A DNA stretch of 52,819 bases. Origin: Prevotellaceae bacterium. GTDB taxonomy: Bacteria; Bacteroidota; Bacteroidia; Bacteroidales; Bacteroidaceae. The position numbers and the translations under genes are program-made. The stretch covers positions 1 to 52,819 of the forward strand of contig JALERS010000129.1 of assembly GCA_022763905.1 (NCBI GenBank), in the 5' to 3' direction. The notes beneath the pieces are model-generated. The model was not told the origin of the DNA. It searched no databases and saw nothing but the letters and a program-made list of their open reading frames with translations. This document shows, one piece after another, positions 17,665-26,007 of the stretch; position 1 is the first letter of the stretch; every line of letters starts with the position of its first letter.

Positions 17665-17853
17665 ATGGCAAGTAAAGCTAAAGGCAATAGGGTCCAGGTG
17701 ATATTGGAATGCACTGAAATGAAAGAAAGCGGTCTTCCTGGAACTTCACGCTATATTACCACTAAAAACCGCAAAAACACTCCTGAAAGATTGGAAATCA
17801 AAAAGTACAATCCTATCCTCAAGAGAATGACCATCCACAAAGAGATTAAATAA
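17665..17853 (+). CDS. rpmG: 50S ribosomal protein L33
   Basis: 62 aa with [14 protein letters not shown]...[21 protein letters not shown], typical of L33. Confidence 0.95.
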   Translation: MASKAKGNRVQVILECTEMKESGLPGTSRYITTKNRKNTPERLEIKKYNPILKRMTIHKEIK

Positions 17854-17867
17854 TATACGAGTAGACT

Positions 17868-18026
17868 ATGGCAAAGAAAGCAGTTGCTACACTCCAAACC
17901 GGTAAGACCGACGGACGTGCATATTCTAAGGTAATCAAGATGATAAAAAGCCCCAAAACAGGAGCTTATATCTTTGATGAGAGAATGGTTCTTAATGAAG
18001 ACGTAAAAAAATTCTTTGAAAAATAA
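17868..18026 (+). CDS. DUF4295-family small basic protein (52 aa); absent from the supplied ORF track
   Basis: Hand translation gives MAKKAVATLQTGKTDGRAYSKVIKMIKSPKTGAYIFDERMVLNEDVKKFFEK*. It sits directly after rpmB-rpmG and before a strong terminator, the conserved Bacteroidota arrangement. Confidence 0.7.
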   Translation: MAKKAVATLQTGKTDGRAYSKVIKMIKSPKTGAYIFDERMVLNEDVKKFFEK

Positions 18027-18047
18027 GATTCTTTATGATTGAGATAT

Positions 18048-18079
18048 AAAAGCCCTTTCTTTATGAGAGGGCTTTTTTG
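18048..18079 (+). terminator. rho-independent terminator of the rpmB-rpmG-DUF4295 unit
   Basis: The stem AAAGCCCT (18048-18055) pairs with AGGGCTTT (18068-18075) and is followed by a T-run. Confidence 0.7.
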
Positions 18080-18123
18080 TCATGATTTTCAAATGGAAAT
18101 TTGGGTTAAATCTCTTTCTTTTA

Positions 18124-18131
18124 TAAATTTG
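18124..18131 (+). promoter_or_regulatory. -7 box TAAATTTG upstream of ftsY
   Basis: TAnnTTTG match 23 nt upstream of the ATG at 18154. Confidence 0.5.
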
Positions 18132-18153
18132 TAGCAAATATAATTCCATAGAG

Positions 18154-19125
18154 ATGAGTTTTTTCGGTTTGTTCAACAAAAAGACCGGAATGAGTGAGGA
18201 AGGCAAGCAAGTGCTGGATTCCGGTCTGCAGAAAACGAAAGCAGGTGTTTTTGAAAAAATTGCCCGAGTCATTGCGGGAAAGTCCACTATTGACGATGAA
18301 GTGCTGGATGACCTGGAGGACACCCTCATTAGTTCTGATGTAGGTGTAAAGACTACAATAGAAATTATTGACCGTATCAAACAACGGGTGGAGCGTGACA
18401 AGTATGTGCGTACATCTGAACTGAATACAATATTACGAGAAGAGATTACAGCTTTGTTGCTGGATGCAACAGATGATGAACGTACTCCTCGAGAAAAAGA
18501 AGGACCTTATGTCATTCTTGTGGTTGGTGTGAACGGAGTAGGCAAGACTACCACAATCGGCAAGTTGGCTTATATGTACAAACAACAGGGGCTGAAGGTA
18601 TATCTCGGAGCTGCTGACACATTTAGGGCGGCTGCTGTAGAGCAACTGCAGATATGGGCTGATCGTGTAGGAGTACCTATTGTCCGTCAGCAGATGGGAA
18701 GTGATCCGGCCAGTGTAGCTTTTGATACCCTTAGTTCTGCCATCAAGAATCAGGCTGACGTGGTCTTGATAGATACTGCAGGACGATTGCACAATAAAGT
18801 GGGTCTGATGAACGAACTGACCAAGATAAAGAATGTGATGAAGAAACTTTTGCCTGATGCTCCAGATGAAGTGCTTCTTGTACTGGATGGATCTACAGGA
18901 CAGAATGCTTTTGAACAAGCCCGACAGTTCTCTCTTGCCACAGAAGTCAATTCGTTGGCAGTTACCAAACTTGATGGAACAGCCAGAGGGGGTGTGGTTA
19001 TCGGTATCAGTCACGAGCTAAGCATTCCTGTAAAATATATTGGTCTGGGAGAGAAGATGACAGATTTTCAGCCTTTCGACAAAAAGGCTTTTGTGGACTC
19101 TTTATTTGAAGAAAAACACTCATGA
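18154..19125 (+). CDS. ftsY: signal recognition particle-docking protein FtsY
   Basis: 323 aa with the SRP GTPase motifs VGVNGVGKTTTIGKLA, DTAGRL and TKLDGTARGG. Confidence 0.95.
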   Translation: MSFFGLFNKKTGMSEEGKQVLDSGLQKTKAGVFEKIARVIAGKSTIDDEVLDDLEDTLISSDVGVKTTIEIIDRIKQRVERDKYVRTSELNTILREEITALLLDATDDERTPREKEGPYVILVVGVNGVGKTTTIGKLAYMYKQQGLKVYLGAADTFRAAAVEQLQIWADRVGVPIVRQQMGSDPASVAFDTLSSAIKNQADVVLIDTAGRLHNKVGLMNELTKIKNVMKKLLPDAPDEVLLVLDGSTGQNAFEQARQFSLATEVNSLAVTKLDGTARGGVVIGISHELSIPVKYIGLGEKMTDFQPFDKKAFVDSLFEEKHS

Positions 19126-20423
19126 CCTCAGAGCGATATGTAGATATTATTACCATGGGATGTTCCAAGAATCTTGTTGATTCTGAAAAACTCCTCTATC
19201 ATTTACACAAGAAAGGCTTTCATGTCTACCATAACGCCCGTCGCATTCATCATGATATAGCTATTGTAAATACCTGCGGCTTTATTAATGATGCTAAGGA
19301 GGAGAGCGTTAACTTGATATTAGAATTGAGCCGCATGCGCCAATCGGGTAGGTTGAAGCGTTTGTATGTGATGGGGTGCTTGTCGGAACGCTTCTTTAAT
19401 GAATTGAACAAGGAGATTCCTGAGGTGGACCGCTATTTCGGCAAATTCAATTGGATGTCATTGTTGAATGAGTTGGGTTGTGAAGCCGAAAAAGAAGAGG
19501 GTAGGGTGATTACCACTCCCTCTCATTATGCTTATCTGAAGATTGCAGAGGGGTGCAATCGTAGATGTGCGTATTGTGCTATTCCACTGATTACAGGTGC
19601 CCACAAGAGTCGACCTATGGAAGAGATTCTATCCGAGGTGCAATCTTTGGTTCAACTGGGTGTCAAGGAGTTTCAGGTAGTATCTCAGGAACTTACCTAT
19701 TATGGTCTCGATATCTATGGACATCGTAAATTGGCAGAATTAGTGTCGCGCATGTCGGATATTACTGGAGTGGAATGGATACGTCTTCATTATGGGTATC
19801 CTAACAATTTTCCTTATGATCTGTTGCCTGTTATAAGAGAGCGTGAAAATGTATGCAAATATCTTGACATCGCTCTGCAACATTCTAGCAACAAGGTGCT
19901 GGAGTTGATGCATCGCAATACTACTCGTGAATACCAAGAGGAGATGATACACCGAATGCGTGAGGAAGTGCCAGGCATTTGTCTGCGTACTACTTTCATG
20001 GTGGGTTTTCCTGGTGAGGAGGAAGAGGATTTTGATGATTTGATGGATTTTACAGCCAAGATGCGTTTCGAGCGGATGGGTGCTTTTGCCTATAGTGAAG
20101 AGGAAGGTACATTTGCTGCATGTCATTATAAGGATGAGGTGGCCGAGGATGTGAAGGGTCAACGGCTATCGCGTCTGATGGCTCTTCAGCAGTCAATATC
20201 CGAAGATGTATGTCGCTCTAGAGTTGGAAGTGTTATGAGAACTATCATCGACCGTCGTGAAGGTGATTATTACATTGGAAGAACCCAATATGACTCTCCC
20301 GAAGTGGATGGAGAGGTGTTGATACCAGTAGAAGGACGACGTCTGTTGAAGGGGCATTTCTATGATGTGTTTATTACAGATGCTGACGAATTTGATTTGA
20401 AGGGAGTTTTGCATAAGAATTGA
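19122..20423 (+). CDS. rimO: ribosomal protein S12 methylthiotransferase RimO
   Basis: 433 aa with an MTTase N-domain (MGCSKNLVDSE), the radical-SAM motif CNRRCAYC and a TRAM tail. The ATG overlaps the ftsY stop (ATGA). Confidence 0.95.
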   Translation: MTSERYVDIITMGCSKNLVDSEKLLYHLHKKGFHVYHNARRIHHDIAIVNTCGFINDAKEESVNLILELSRMRQSGRLKRLYVMGCLSERFFNELNKEIPEVDRYFGKFNWMSLLNELGCEAEKEEGRVITTPSHYAYLKIAEGCNRRCAYCAIPLITGAHKSRPMEEILSEVQSLVQLGVKEFQVVSQELTYYGLDIYGHRKLAELVSRMSDITGVEWIRLHYGYPNNFPYDLLPVIRERENVCKYLDIALQHSSNKVLELMHRNTTREYQEEMIHRMREEVPGICLRTTFMVGFPGEEEEDFDDLMDFTAKMRFERMGAFAYSEEEGTFAACHYKDEVAEDVKGQRLSRLMALQQSISEDVCRSRVGSVMRTIIDRREGDYYIGRTQYDSPEVDGEVLIPVEGRRLLKGHFYDVFITDADEFDLKGVLHKN

Positions 20424-20425
20424 AT

Positions 20426-20719
20426 ATGGTGAATCGTGAATTTATAGAAGGTTTTGCTGCTCGCATGAATCTTTCTGCAGTTGAGACCCAGCGTCTGGTA
20501 CATGCCTTGGTGGAAAGTATGACAGAAATGTTGGAGAGTGGTAATGAGGTGAATGTACAAGGATTTGGCTCGTTTGAGGTCAAGAAAAAAAATGAGCGCG
20601 TTATTGTTCATCCATCCACTGGTAAAAAGATATTAGTGCCTCCCAAATTGGTGGTAGGCTTTAAGCAAAGCAATGTATTGAAATCTCAGGTCAAGGAATC
20701 CAAGTTACAAGAGAGTTAG
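20426..20719 (+). CDS. HU/IHF-family DNA-binding protein
   Basis: The 97-aa product includes VQGFGSFEVKKKNERVIVHPSTGKKILVPPKLVVGFK, the HU beta-arm. The track start at 20420 is TTG; the first ATG is at 20426. Confidence 0.85.
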   Translation: MVNREFIEGFAARMNLSAVETQRLVHALVESMTEMLESGNEVNVQGFGSFEVKKKNERVIVHPSTGKKILVPPKLVVGFKQSNVLKSQVKESKLQES

Positions 20720-20722
20720 AAT

Positions 20723-21880
20723 ATGGCAGCAAATACGTCATCAGGTGCAAATCTTACAGGAGAACTCATCACTGAGTTCGCTCAAAAAAGCAGACTTGCC
20801 AAGACGCAGGCAAGGCAGTTCTATCGTGAATTCTTCACATATGTACGGGAATCCCTTCTGAAGGATAATTATTTGAAAATTAAAGGGCTGGGAACATTCA
20901 AGCTGATGGCAGTCGGCGAGAGGGAAAGCATTGATGTTACTACAGGTGAACGAATAGAGATATCTGCTCATTACAGAGTAGTCTTCACTCCCGACAAGTC
21001 CTTGGCAAGCCGTGTTAACCGTCCGTTCGAACATTTTGATACCATAGTGTTGGACGAAGAAGGTCTGGAGAAAGCTGAGATGCAGCAATCTTCTCTTGTG
21101 GATACACCGGAAAGCAGTCAGAAGGAAATGGCTCCTGAAGAGAAGAGCCCTTTGAAGAATGAAGAAGAATTGGTACATTCTGTCTATTTGGGTAAAGATC
21201 AGGAAGATGTGTTGTCTGTTTCTGAATCAGTCATTAGTCAGGATGAAAACGAAGAAGAAAATGAAGCGGAACTCGTTGCATGTGTCCAATCAGTTGCCAT
21301 AAATGAGGAAACTCCTCAGGAGTCTCCTAAGGATACAAGAGAAACCACCTTGTTGGAAGAGCAGGTAGATGATGATGAATCGGATTATACGCCGAGTACA
21401 GGCATATGGTGGAATTGGTTGGTAGGAATAGTGGTGGCAGTACTGCTTGTGTCTGCTGGGTATTTTGTAGGTTACTACCGCTTATTAGGGTCTACAGATT
21501 GGTTGGGATGGGAGGTGCAGGATACAATTGTACACCCAACACCCGTCCTGCCTGTCAAATCGTCTGTAGCAGTGAAGCAACACCATATTATCAAAGATGA
21601 CTCTATAAAGCATGAAACGCCTGCACTTCAGTCTCAAGAGCCAGATTGGAAGAAGGAGGCTCTCAACTATCCGCAACTGGAAAATGGTGATTATTGGATT
21701 GTCGGGACTTTAGAAGAACATGAAATGAAACCTGGAGATGGTATTATTCGCTTGTGCATGAAGATATATGGCAAGAAAGAAATGGCACGGTATGTGATAT
21801 TTTACAACCAGTTCTCCAATCCCGATAATATTCCCGTAGGGTGTAAAGTGAAATTCCCGCGCTTGGTGCCTAAGGACTAG
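20723..21880 (+). CDS. membrane protein with an N-terminal HU-like domain, acidic linker, one TM helix and a C-terminal LysM-like domain
   Basis: Residues 1-95 are HU-like (IKGLGTFKLMAVGERESIDVTTGERIEISAHYRVVFTP). An E/D-rich linker follows, then the TM helix WWNWLVGIVVAVLLVSAGYFVGYY. The C-terminal YWIVGTLEEHEMKPGDGIIRLCMKIYG...IPVGCKVKFP is LysM-like. Confidence 0.6.
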   Translation: MAANTSSGANLTGELITEFAQKSRLAKTQARQFYREFFTYVRESLLKDNYLKIKGLGTFKLMAVGERESIDVTTGERIEISAHYRVVFTPDKSLASRVNRPFEHFDTIVLDEEGLEKAEMQQSSLVDTPESSQKEMAPEEKSPLKNEEELVHSVYLGKDQEDVLSVSESVISQDENEEENEAELVACVQSVAINEETPQESPKDTRETTLLEEQVDDDESDYTPSTGIWWNWLVGIVVAVLLVSAGYFVGYYRLLGSTDWLGWEVQDTIVHPTPVLPVKSSVAVKQHHIIKDDSIKHETPALQSQEPDWKKEALNYPQLENGDYWIVGTLEEHEMKPGDGIIRLCMKIYGKKEMARYVIFYNQFSNPDNIPVGCKVKFPRLVPKD

Positions 21881-21980
21881 TGTAGGCTTGTACTTTGTTT
21901 ATCCAACAGATATTAGGGCTTTCTGCTTGAGAGCCATGCTATTTTAGTTCTTTTTATACAATCCCTTGTAGCAAAATCAC

Positions 21981-21988
21981 TATCTTTG
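21981..21988 (+). promoter_or_regulatory. -7 box TATCTTTG upstream of the moxR/bat operon
   Basis: TAnnTTTG match 30 nt upstream of the ATG at 22018. Confidence 0.55.
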
Positions 21989-22017
21989 TACCCAATTTAG
22001 GATAGAAAGATATTTTT

Positions 22018-23013
22018 ATGGAGGAAAATGTTGATATTAGAAGCCTTGGCGCTTTAATAGAGAGTAAAAGTGGCTTTATTACTGATTTGGTTCATGGAAT
22101 GGGCCAGGTGATAGTTGGTCAAAAACATCTAGTAGATTCACTTCTTGTCTGTTTACTGAGCGATGGACATATCCTGTTGGAAGGTGTTCCGGGTTTGGCC
22201 AAGACGTTAGCCATTAAGACACTTGCCCATTTGGTAGATGGCTCGTATAAGCGCATTCAGTTTACACCCGATTTGTTGCCAGCTGATATTGTAGGCACAG
22301 TCATATATAGTCAGAAGACAGAGAATTTCGTTTCTCGCAAAGGTCCTATATTTGCCAATTTTATTCTGGCGGATGAAATCAACCGTGCTCCTGCCAAAGT
22401 ACAGAGTGCTTTGTTGGAAGCCATGCAGGAGCGTCAGGTGACCATCAGTACAGAGACTTATCCTCTTCCTGTTCCTTTTCTGGTAATGGCTACACAGAAC
22501 CCAATTGAACAAGAAGGTACCTATACCTTGCCTGAAGCCCAGGTAGACCGTTTTATGCTCAAGGTAATCATTGATTATCCTTCTATTGAAGAAGAACAGC
22601 GTATTGTAAAGGATCATATTATGGGAAAGAGTCAGGAAGTGAAGCCTGTGGTGAAACTCGAGGATATCATAGAGGCTCGTGAAGTAGTCAAGCAGGTGTA
22701 TATTGATGACAAGATTAATAATTATGTGACGGATCTGGTATTTGCTACACGTTATCCTGAGAAATTCGGTATTGATGACATGAAGCAGAACATCCAGTAT
22801 GGTGCTTCACCTCGTGCGTCTATCAATCTTGCATTGGCTGCCCGTACTTATGCGTTTATCAAGCATAGAGGATACGTGATACCTGAGGATGTTAGGGCAA
22901 TGGCTCATGATGTGTTACGTCATCGTATCGGCTTGACCTATGAGGCAGAAGCCAACAATATCACCAGCGACGCCATCATTACTGAGATTATCAACAAGGT
23001 TCAGGTGCCTTGA
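22018..23013 (+). CDS. MoxR-family AAA+ ATPase
   Basis: 331 aa with Walker A LLEGVPGLAKT, Walker B ILADEINRA, and VMATQNPIEQEGTYTLPEAQVDRF typical of MoxR. Confidence 0.9.
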   Translation: MEENVDIRSLGALIESKSGFITDLVHGMGQVIVGQKHLVDSLLVCLLSDGHILLEGVPGLAKTLAIKTLAHLVDGSYKRIQFTPDLLPADIVGTVIYSQKTENFVSRKGPIFANFILADEINRAPAKVQSALLEAMQERQVTISTETYPLPVPFLVMATQNPIEQEGTYTLPEAQVDRFMLKVIIDYPSIEEEQRIVKDHIMGKSQEVKPVVKLEDIIEAREVVKQVYIDDKINNYVTDLVFATRYPEKFGIDDMKQNIQYGASPRASINLALAARTYAFIKHRGYVIPEDVRAMAHDVLRHRIGLTYEAEANNITSDAIITEIINKVQVP

Positions 23014-23046
23014 CTCTTTCAGGTGTAACCTATAAGATTGAGATAG

Positions 23047-23922
23047 GTGGACAGAAACGAACTTTTGAGTCGTGTCAGGAAGATAGAAATCAAGACACGT
23101 GCATTATCCAGAAATATTTTCGCAGGCGAATACCACTCTGCTTTTAAGGGGAGGGGAATGTCATTTTCAGAGGTACGGGAGTACCAGGTAGGAGATGATG
23201 TGCGGCATATTGACTGGAATGTAACGGCTCGTTTCAATCGTCCTTATGTCGAGGTATATGAAGAGGAAAGAGAACTGACGGTTATGCTTTTGGTGGACGT
23301 CAGTTCCTCGTTGGCTTTTGGTACTCGATCATGTTACAAGAATGAGATGGTAACGGAAATTGCTGCTACTTTGGCCTATTCTGCTATATTGAATAACGAT
23401 AAGATTGGAGTAGTTTTCTTTTCCGACCAAATTGAGAAATACATTGCTCCTAAGAAAGGGAAAAAGCATATCTTGAATATTATCAGTCATCTACTCGATT
23501 TTCATCCTGAACATAAGGGAACAGATATCGGTAATGCTATTGAGTTTCTCATGCGTACCCAGCGCAAGAGTTGTACTTCGTTTGTCATCAGTGATTTTTT
23601 GGATGTCAGAGACTATTCCCATGCCTTGGATATCATGAGCCGTAAGCATGATGCTGCTGCCATTCAGGTGTATGACAAATATATGTCGGAATTGCCTGCT
23701 GTTGGACTGGTTAAAGTCCAGGATGCGGAAGATGGTACGGAGCGTTATATTGATACTTCCAGCCGACGCATTAGGGATGCCCATCATCAGCACTGGGTAG
23801 AGAGACAGAGAGTATTGGTTGACCGTATGAATAAGAGCAACATGGATTTGGTTTCTGTCAGGACGGATGAAGACTACGTGAAGGCATTAATAAGTCTATT
23901 TGCAAAACGTATGAGGCCATGA
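23047..23922 (+). CDS. DUF58 domain protein (MoxR partner, vWA-like)
   Basis: 291 aa with GEYHSAFKGRGMSFSEVREYQVGDDVRHIDWNVTAR, the DUF58 signature. It must start at GTG 23047, because TAG lies immediately upstream in frame and the next in-frame Met falls inside the conserved block. Confidence 0.85.
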   Translation: MDRNELLSRVRKIEIKTRALSRNIFAGEYHSAFKGRGMSFSEVREYQVGDDVRHIDWNVTARFNRPYVEVYEEERELTVMLLVDVSSSLAFGTRSCYKNEMVTEIAATLAYSAILNNDKIGVVFFSDQIEKYIAPKKGKKHILNIISHLLDFHPEHKGTDIGNAIEFLMRTQRKSCTSFVISDFLDVRDYSHALDIMSRKHDAAAIQVYDKYMSELPAVGLVKVQDAEDGTERYIDTSSRRIRDAHHQHWVERQRVLVDRMNKSNMDLVSVRTDEDYVKALISLFAKRMRP

Positions 23923-24977
23923 AGAGAATAGTTTTGTGCGGACTGCTGTCTGTTTTGTCAGTTGTCTCATTGTTGGCCCAAGTGACAGTCAAGGCCAGCC
24001 TGGATTCTGCAGAAATATTTATAGGAGAGCAGGCGCATATTGATTTGAAGGTCGTATCTCCGGCAGGTACCAATGCAATCTTTCCAGTATTTCCTTCCAA
24101 ACAGCTGGTTCCAGGTATAGAAGTCCTCAACGAAGAGATCATCAGTAAGGAGGATTTGAATGATGGTCGTCAGCAGGCTGTCATCAAGCGCTATACAATT
24201 ACTTCTTTTGACTCGTCTTTCTATTACCTGCCTCCATTGAAGGTTAGGGTAGGTAATAAGCAGTATAGTTCTGAAAGTTTGGCCTTGAAAGTTCTTACAT
24301 TAGAAGTGGATACCTTGCATCTGGACCAGTTTTTCCCTCCCAGATCCATTGCAGAAATGCCTTTCTCCTGGCAGGATATGAAGGGTCTGTTTGGTATGTC
24401 ACTTTTGTTGGTGTTCATGTTGGCTTTTATGGCATATGTCGTCATTCAGTTGCATAATAACCGGCCTCTGCTGAAATATTTGCGAAAAGCGGTTCTGCCT
24501 CCTCATGTGTGGGCAATGAAGAAGATTGAGAAACTGAAGGCTACACATTCTGCACTGACGGACACCAAGGATTATTATTCTGCACTGACAGACGTTATTC
24601 GTCACTACATAGAGCAACGCTATGGATTCAATGCACTTGAGATGACTTCGCAGGAGATTATCAGCCGTCTCAATGCGTTCCCAGATGCCACTTCGCTTCA
24701 AGAACTGAAAGAACTGTTCTATACTGCAGATTTGGCCAAGTTTGCCAAGTTGCAGACTCAGTTGAACGAGAATGATGCCAACTTGTTGCGTGCTGTTGGC
24801 TTCATCAATGCTACCAAACAAGAAAAGAGTGAGGAGAAAAAAACTGAACTTCCACCAGAAATCAAGCGTACCGATCGGGAGCGTCTTGTATTGAAGGTGG
24901 TTGTGGGCATTGTTTGTGTATTGAGTGCAGGACTACTTTTTGAGATAGTGCGTTCGTTGTATCAAATGTTGTATTAA
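23919..24977 (+). CDS. membrane protein of the Bat operon; a short BatD-like paralogue
   Basis: 352 aa. It has a signal peptide, an N-terminal beta-rich segment resembling the BatD N-terminus, a central TM helix (LLLVFMLAFMAYVVIQL), then a helical region resembling the BatD C-terminus (KKIEKLKATH...YYSALTDVIRHYIEQRYG versus BatD RRLKKARQLATHGKLDAFYEEILSTLYGFVAERLG). The ATG overlaps the DUF58 stop (ATGA). Confidence 0.5.
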   Translation: MKRIVLCGLLSVLSVVSLLAQVTVKASLDSAEIFIGEQAHIDLKVVSPAGTNAIFPVFPSKQLVPGIEVLNEEIISKEDLNDGRQQAVIKRYTITSFDSSFYYLPPLKVRVGNKQYSSESLALKVLTLEVDTLHLDQFFPPRSIAEMPFSWQDMKGLFGMSLLLVFMLAFMAYVVIQLHNNRPLLKYLRKAVLPPHVWAMKKIEKLKATHSALTDTKDYYSALTDVIRHYIEQRYGFNALEMTSQEIISRLNAFPDATSLQELKELFYTADLAKFAKLQTQLNENDANLLRAVGFINATKQEKSEEKKTELPPEIKRTDRERLVLKVVVGIVCVLSAGLLFEIVRSLYQMLY

Positions 24978-24990
24978 GAGAGACTAAAGT

Positions 24991-25989
24991 ATGACTTTTT
25001 CAGATAGTGGTTATTTATTCCTGCTTTTACTGGTTATTCCATATGTGATATGGTATTTCCTGTCTAGAAAGAAGGAGCCGTCGATGACAGTTCCTGATAC
25101 AGGTGCTTATGAAAATATTGCTCCTAGCCTACGGCAGTATTTTGTTCATATTCCCTTTTTCCTTCGTTTGTTGTGTTTTGTTATGGCAGTGTTGGTGTTG
25201 GCCCGTCCTCAGACATCCAATCATTGGAAAGACTCTGAAGTGGAAGGCATTGACATGATGCTTGCAATAGATGTTTCAACCAGTATGTTGGCAGAAGACT
25301 TGCGCCCCAACCGTATTTCCGCAGCCAAAGAAGTGGCATCAAGATTTGTCGCCGATTGTCCTCATGATAATATTGGATTGACAATTTTTGCTGCTGAAGC
25401 TTTTACGCAATGTCCGATGACAACAGACCACACGTCATTACTCAATATGTTCAGTGGCGTGACTTGTGATCTCGCTGCAGGTGGCCTTATTGATGATGGA
25501 ACAGCTATCGGTATGGGATTGGCTAATGCTATTTCCCGTTTGAAGGAAAGCAAGGCCAAGAGTAAGGTTATCATACTGTTGACTGATGGTTCCAACAATC
25601 AAGGCGAAATTTCTCCGCAGACAGCAGCAGAGATTGCACGACTCAATGGTATCCGTGTCTACACTGTTGGCGTGGGTTCTAACGGAACAGCAGCTTATCC
25701 TTTCCCCTTGCCAGGAGGTGGAGTGAAATATGTTCAAGTACCTGTGGAGATTGATGAGCGTACATTAATGGAAATTGCCGACAAGACCCATGGTAAGTAT
25801 TTCCGAGCAACCAGTACCCGTCGTCTGGCACAGATTTATCAGGAAATCGGGAAACTGGAGAAAACCAAACTTGTTGTCAAGCAGTATGATAAACGTTACG
25901 AGGCTTATCAGCCTTTTGCGCTGGTGGCTGTCCTCGCATTATTGTTGGATTTATTGCTCCGCCTCACCATATTGAGAAGGATTCCATAA
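24991..25989 (+). CDS. batA: vWA-domain membrane protein BatA
   Basis: 332 aa with N-terminal TM helices, a vWA MIDAS motif (AIDVSTSM ... LLTDGSNN) and a C-terminal TM helix. Confidence 0.85.
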   Translation: MTFSDSGYLFLLLLVIPYVIWYFLSRKKEPSMTVPDTGAYENIAPSLRQYFVHIPFFLRLLCFVMAVLVLARPQTSNHWKDSEVEGIDMMLAIDVSTSMLAEDLRPNRISAAKEVASRFVADCPHDNIGLTIFAAEAFTQCPMTTDHTSLLNMFSGVTCDLAAGGLIDDGTAIGMGLANAISRLKESKAKSKVIILLTDGSNNQGEISPQTAAEIARLNGIRVYTVGVGSNGTAAYPFPLPGGGVKYVQVPVEIDERTLMEIADKTHGKYFRATSTRRLAQIYQEIGKLEKTKLVVKQYDKRYEAYQPFALVAVLALLLDLLLRLTILRRIP

Positions 25990-26007
25990 AAACCGAATAT
26001 AATAACC

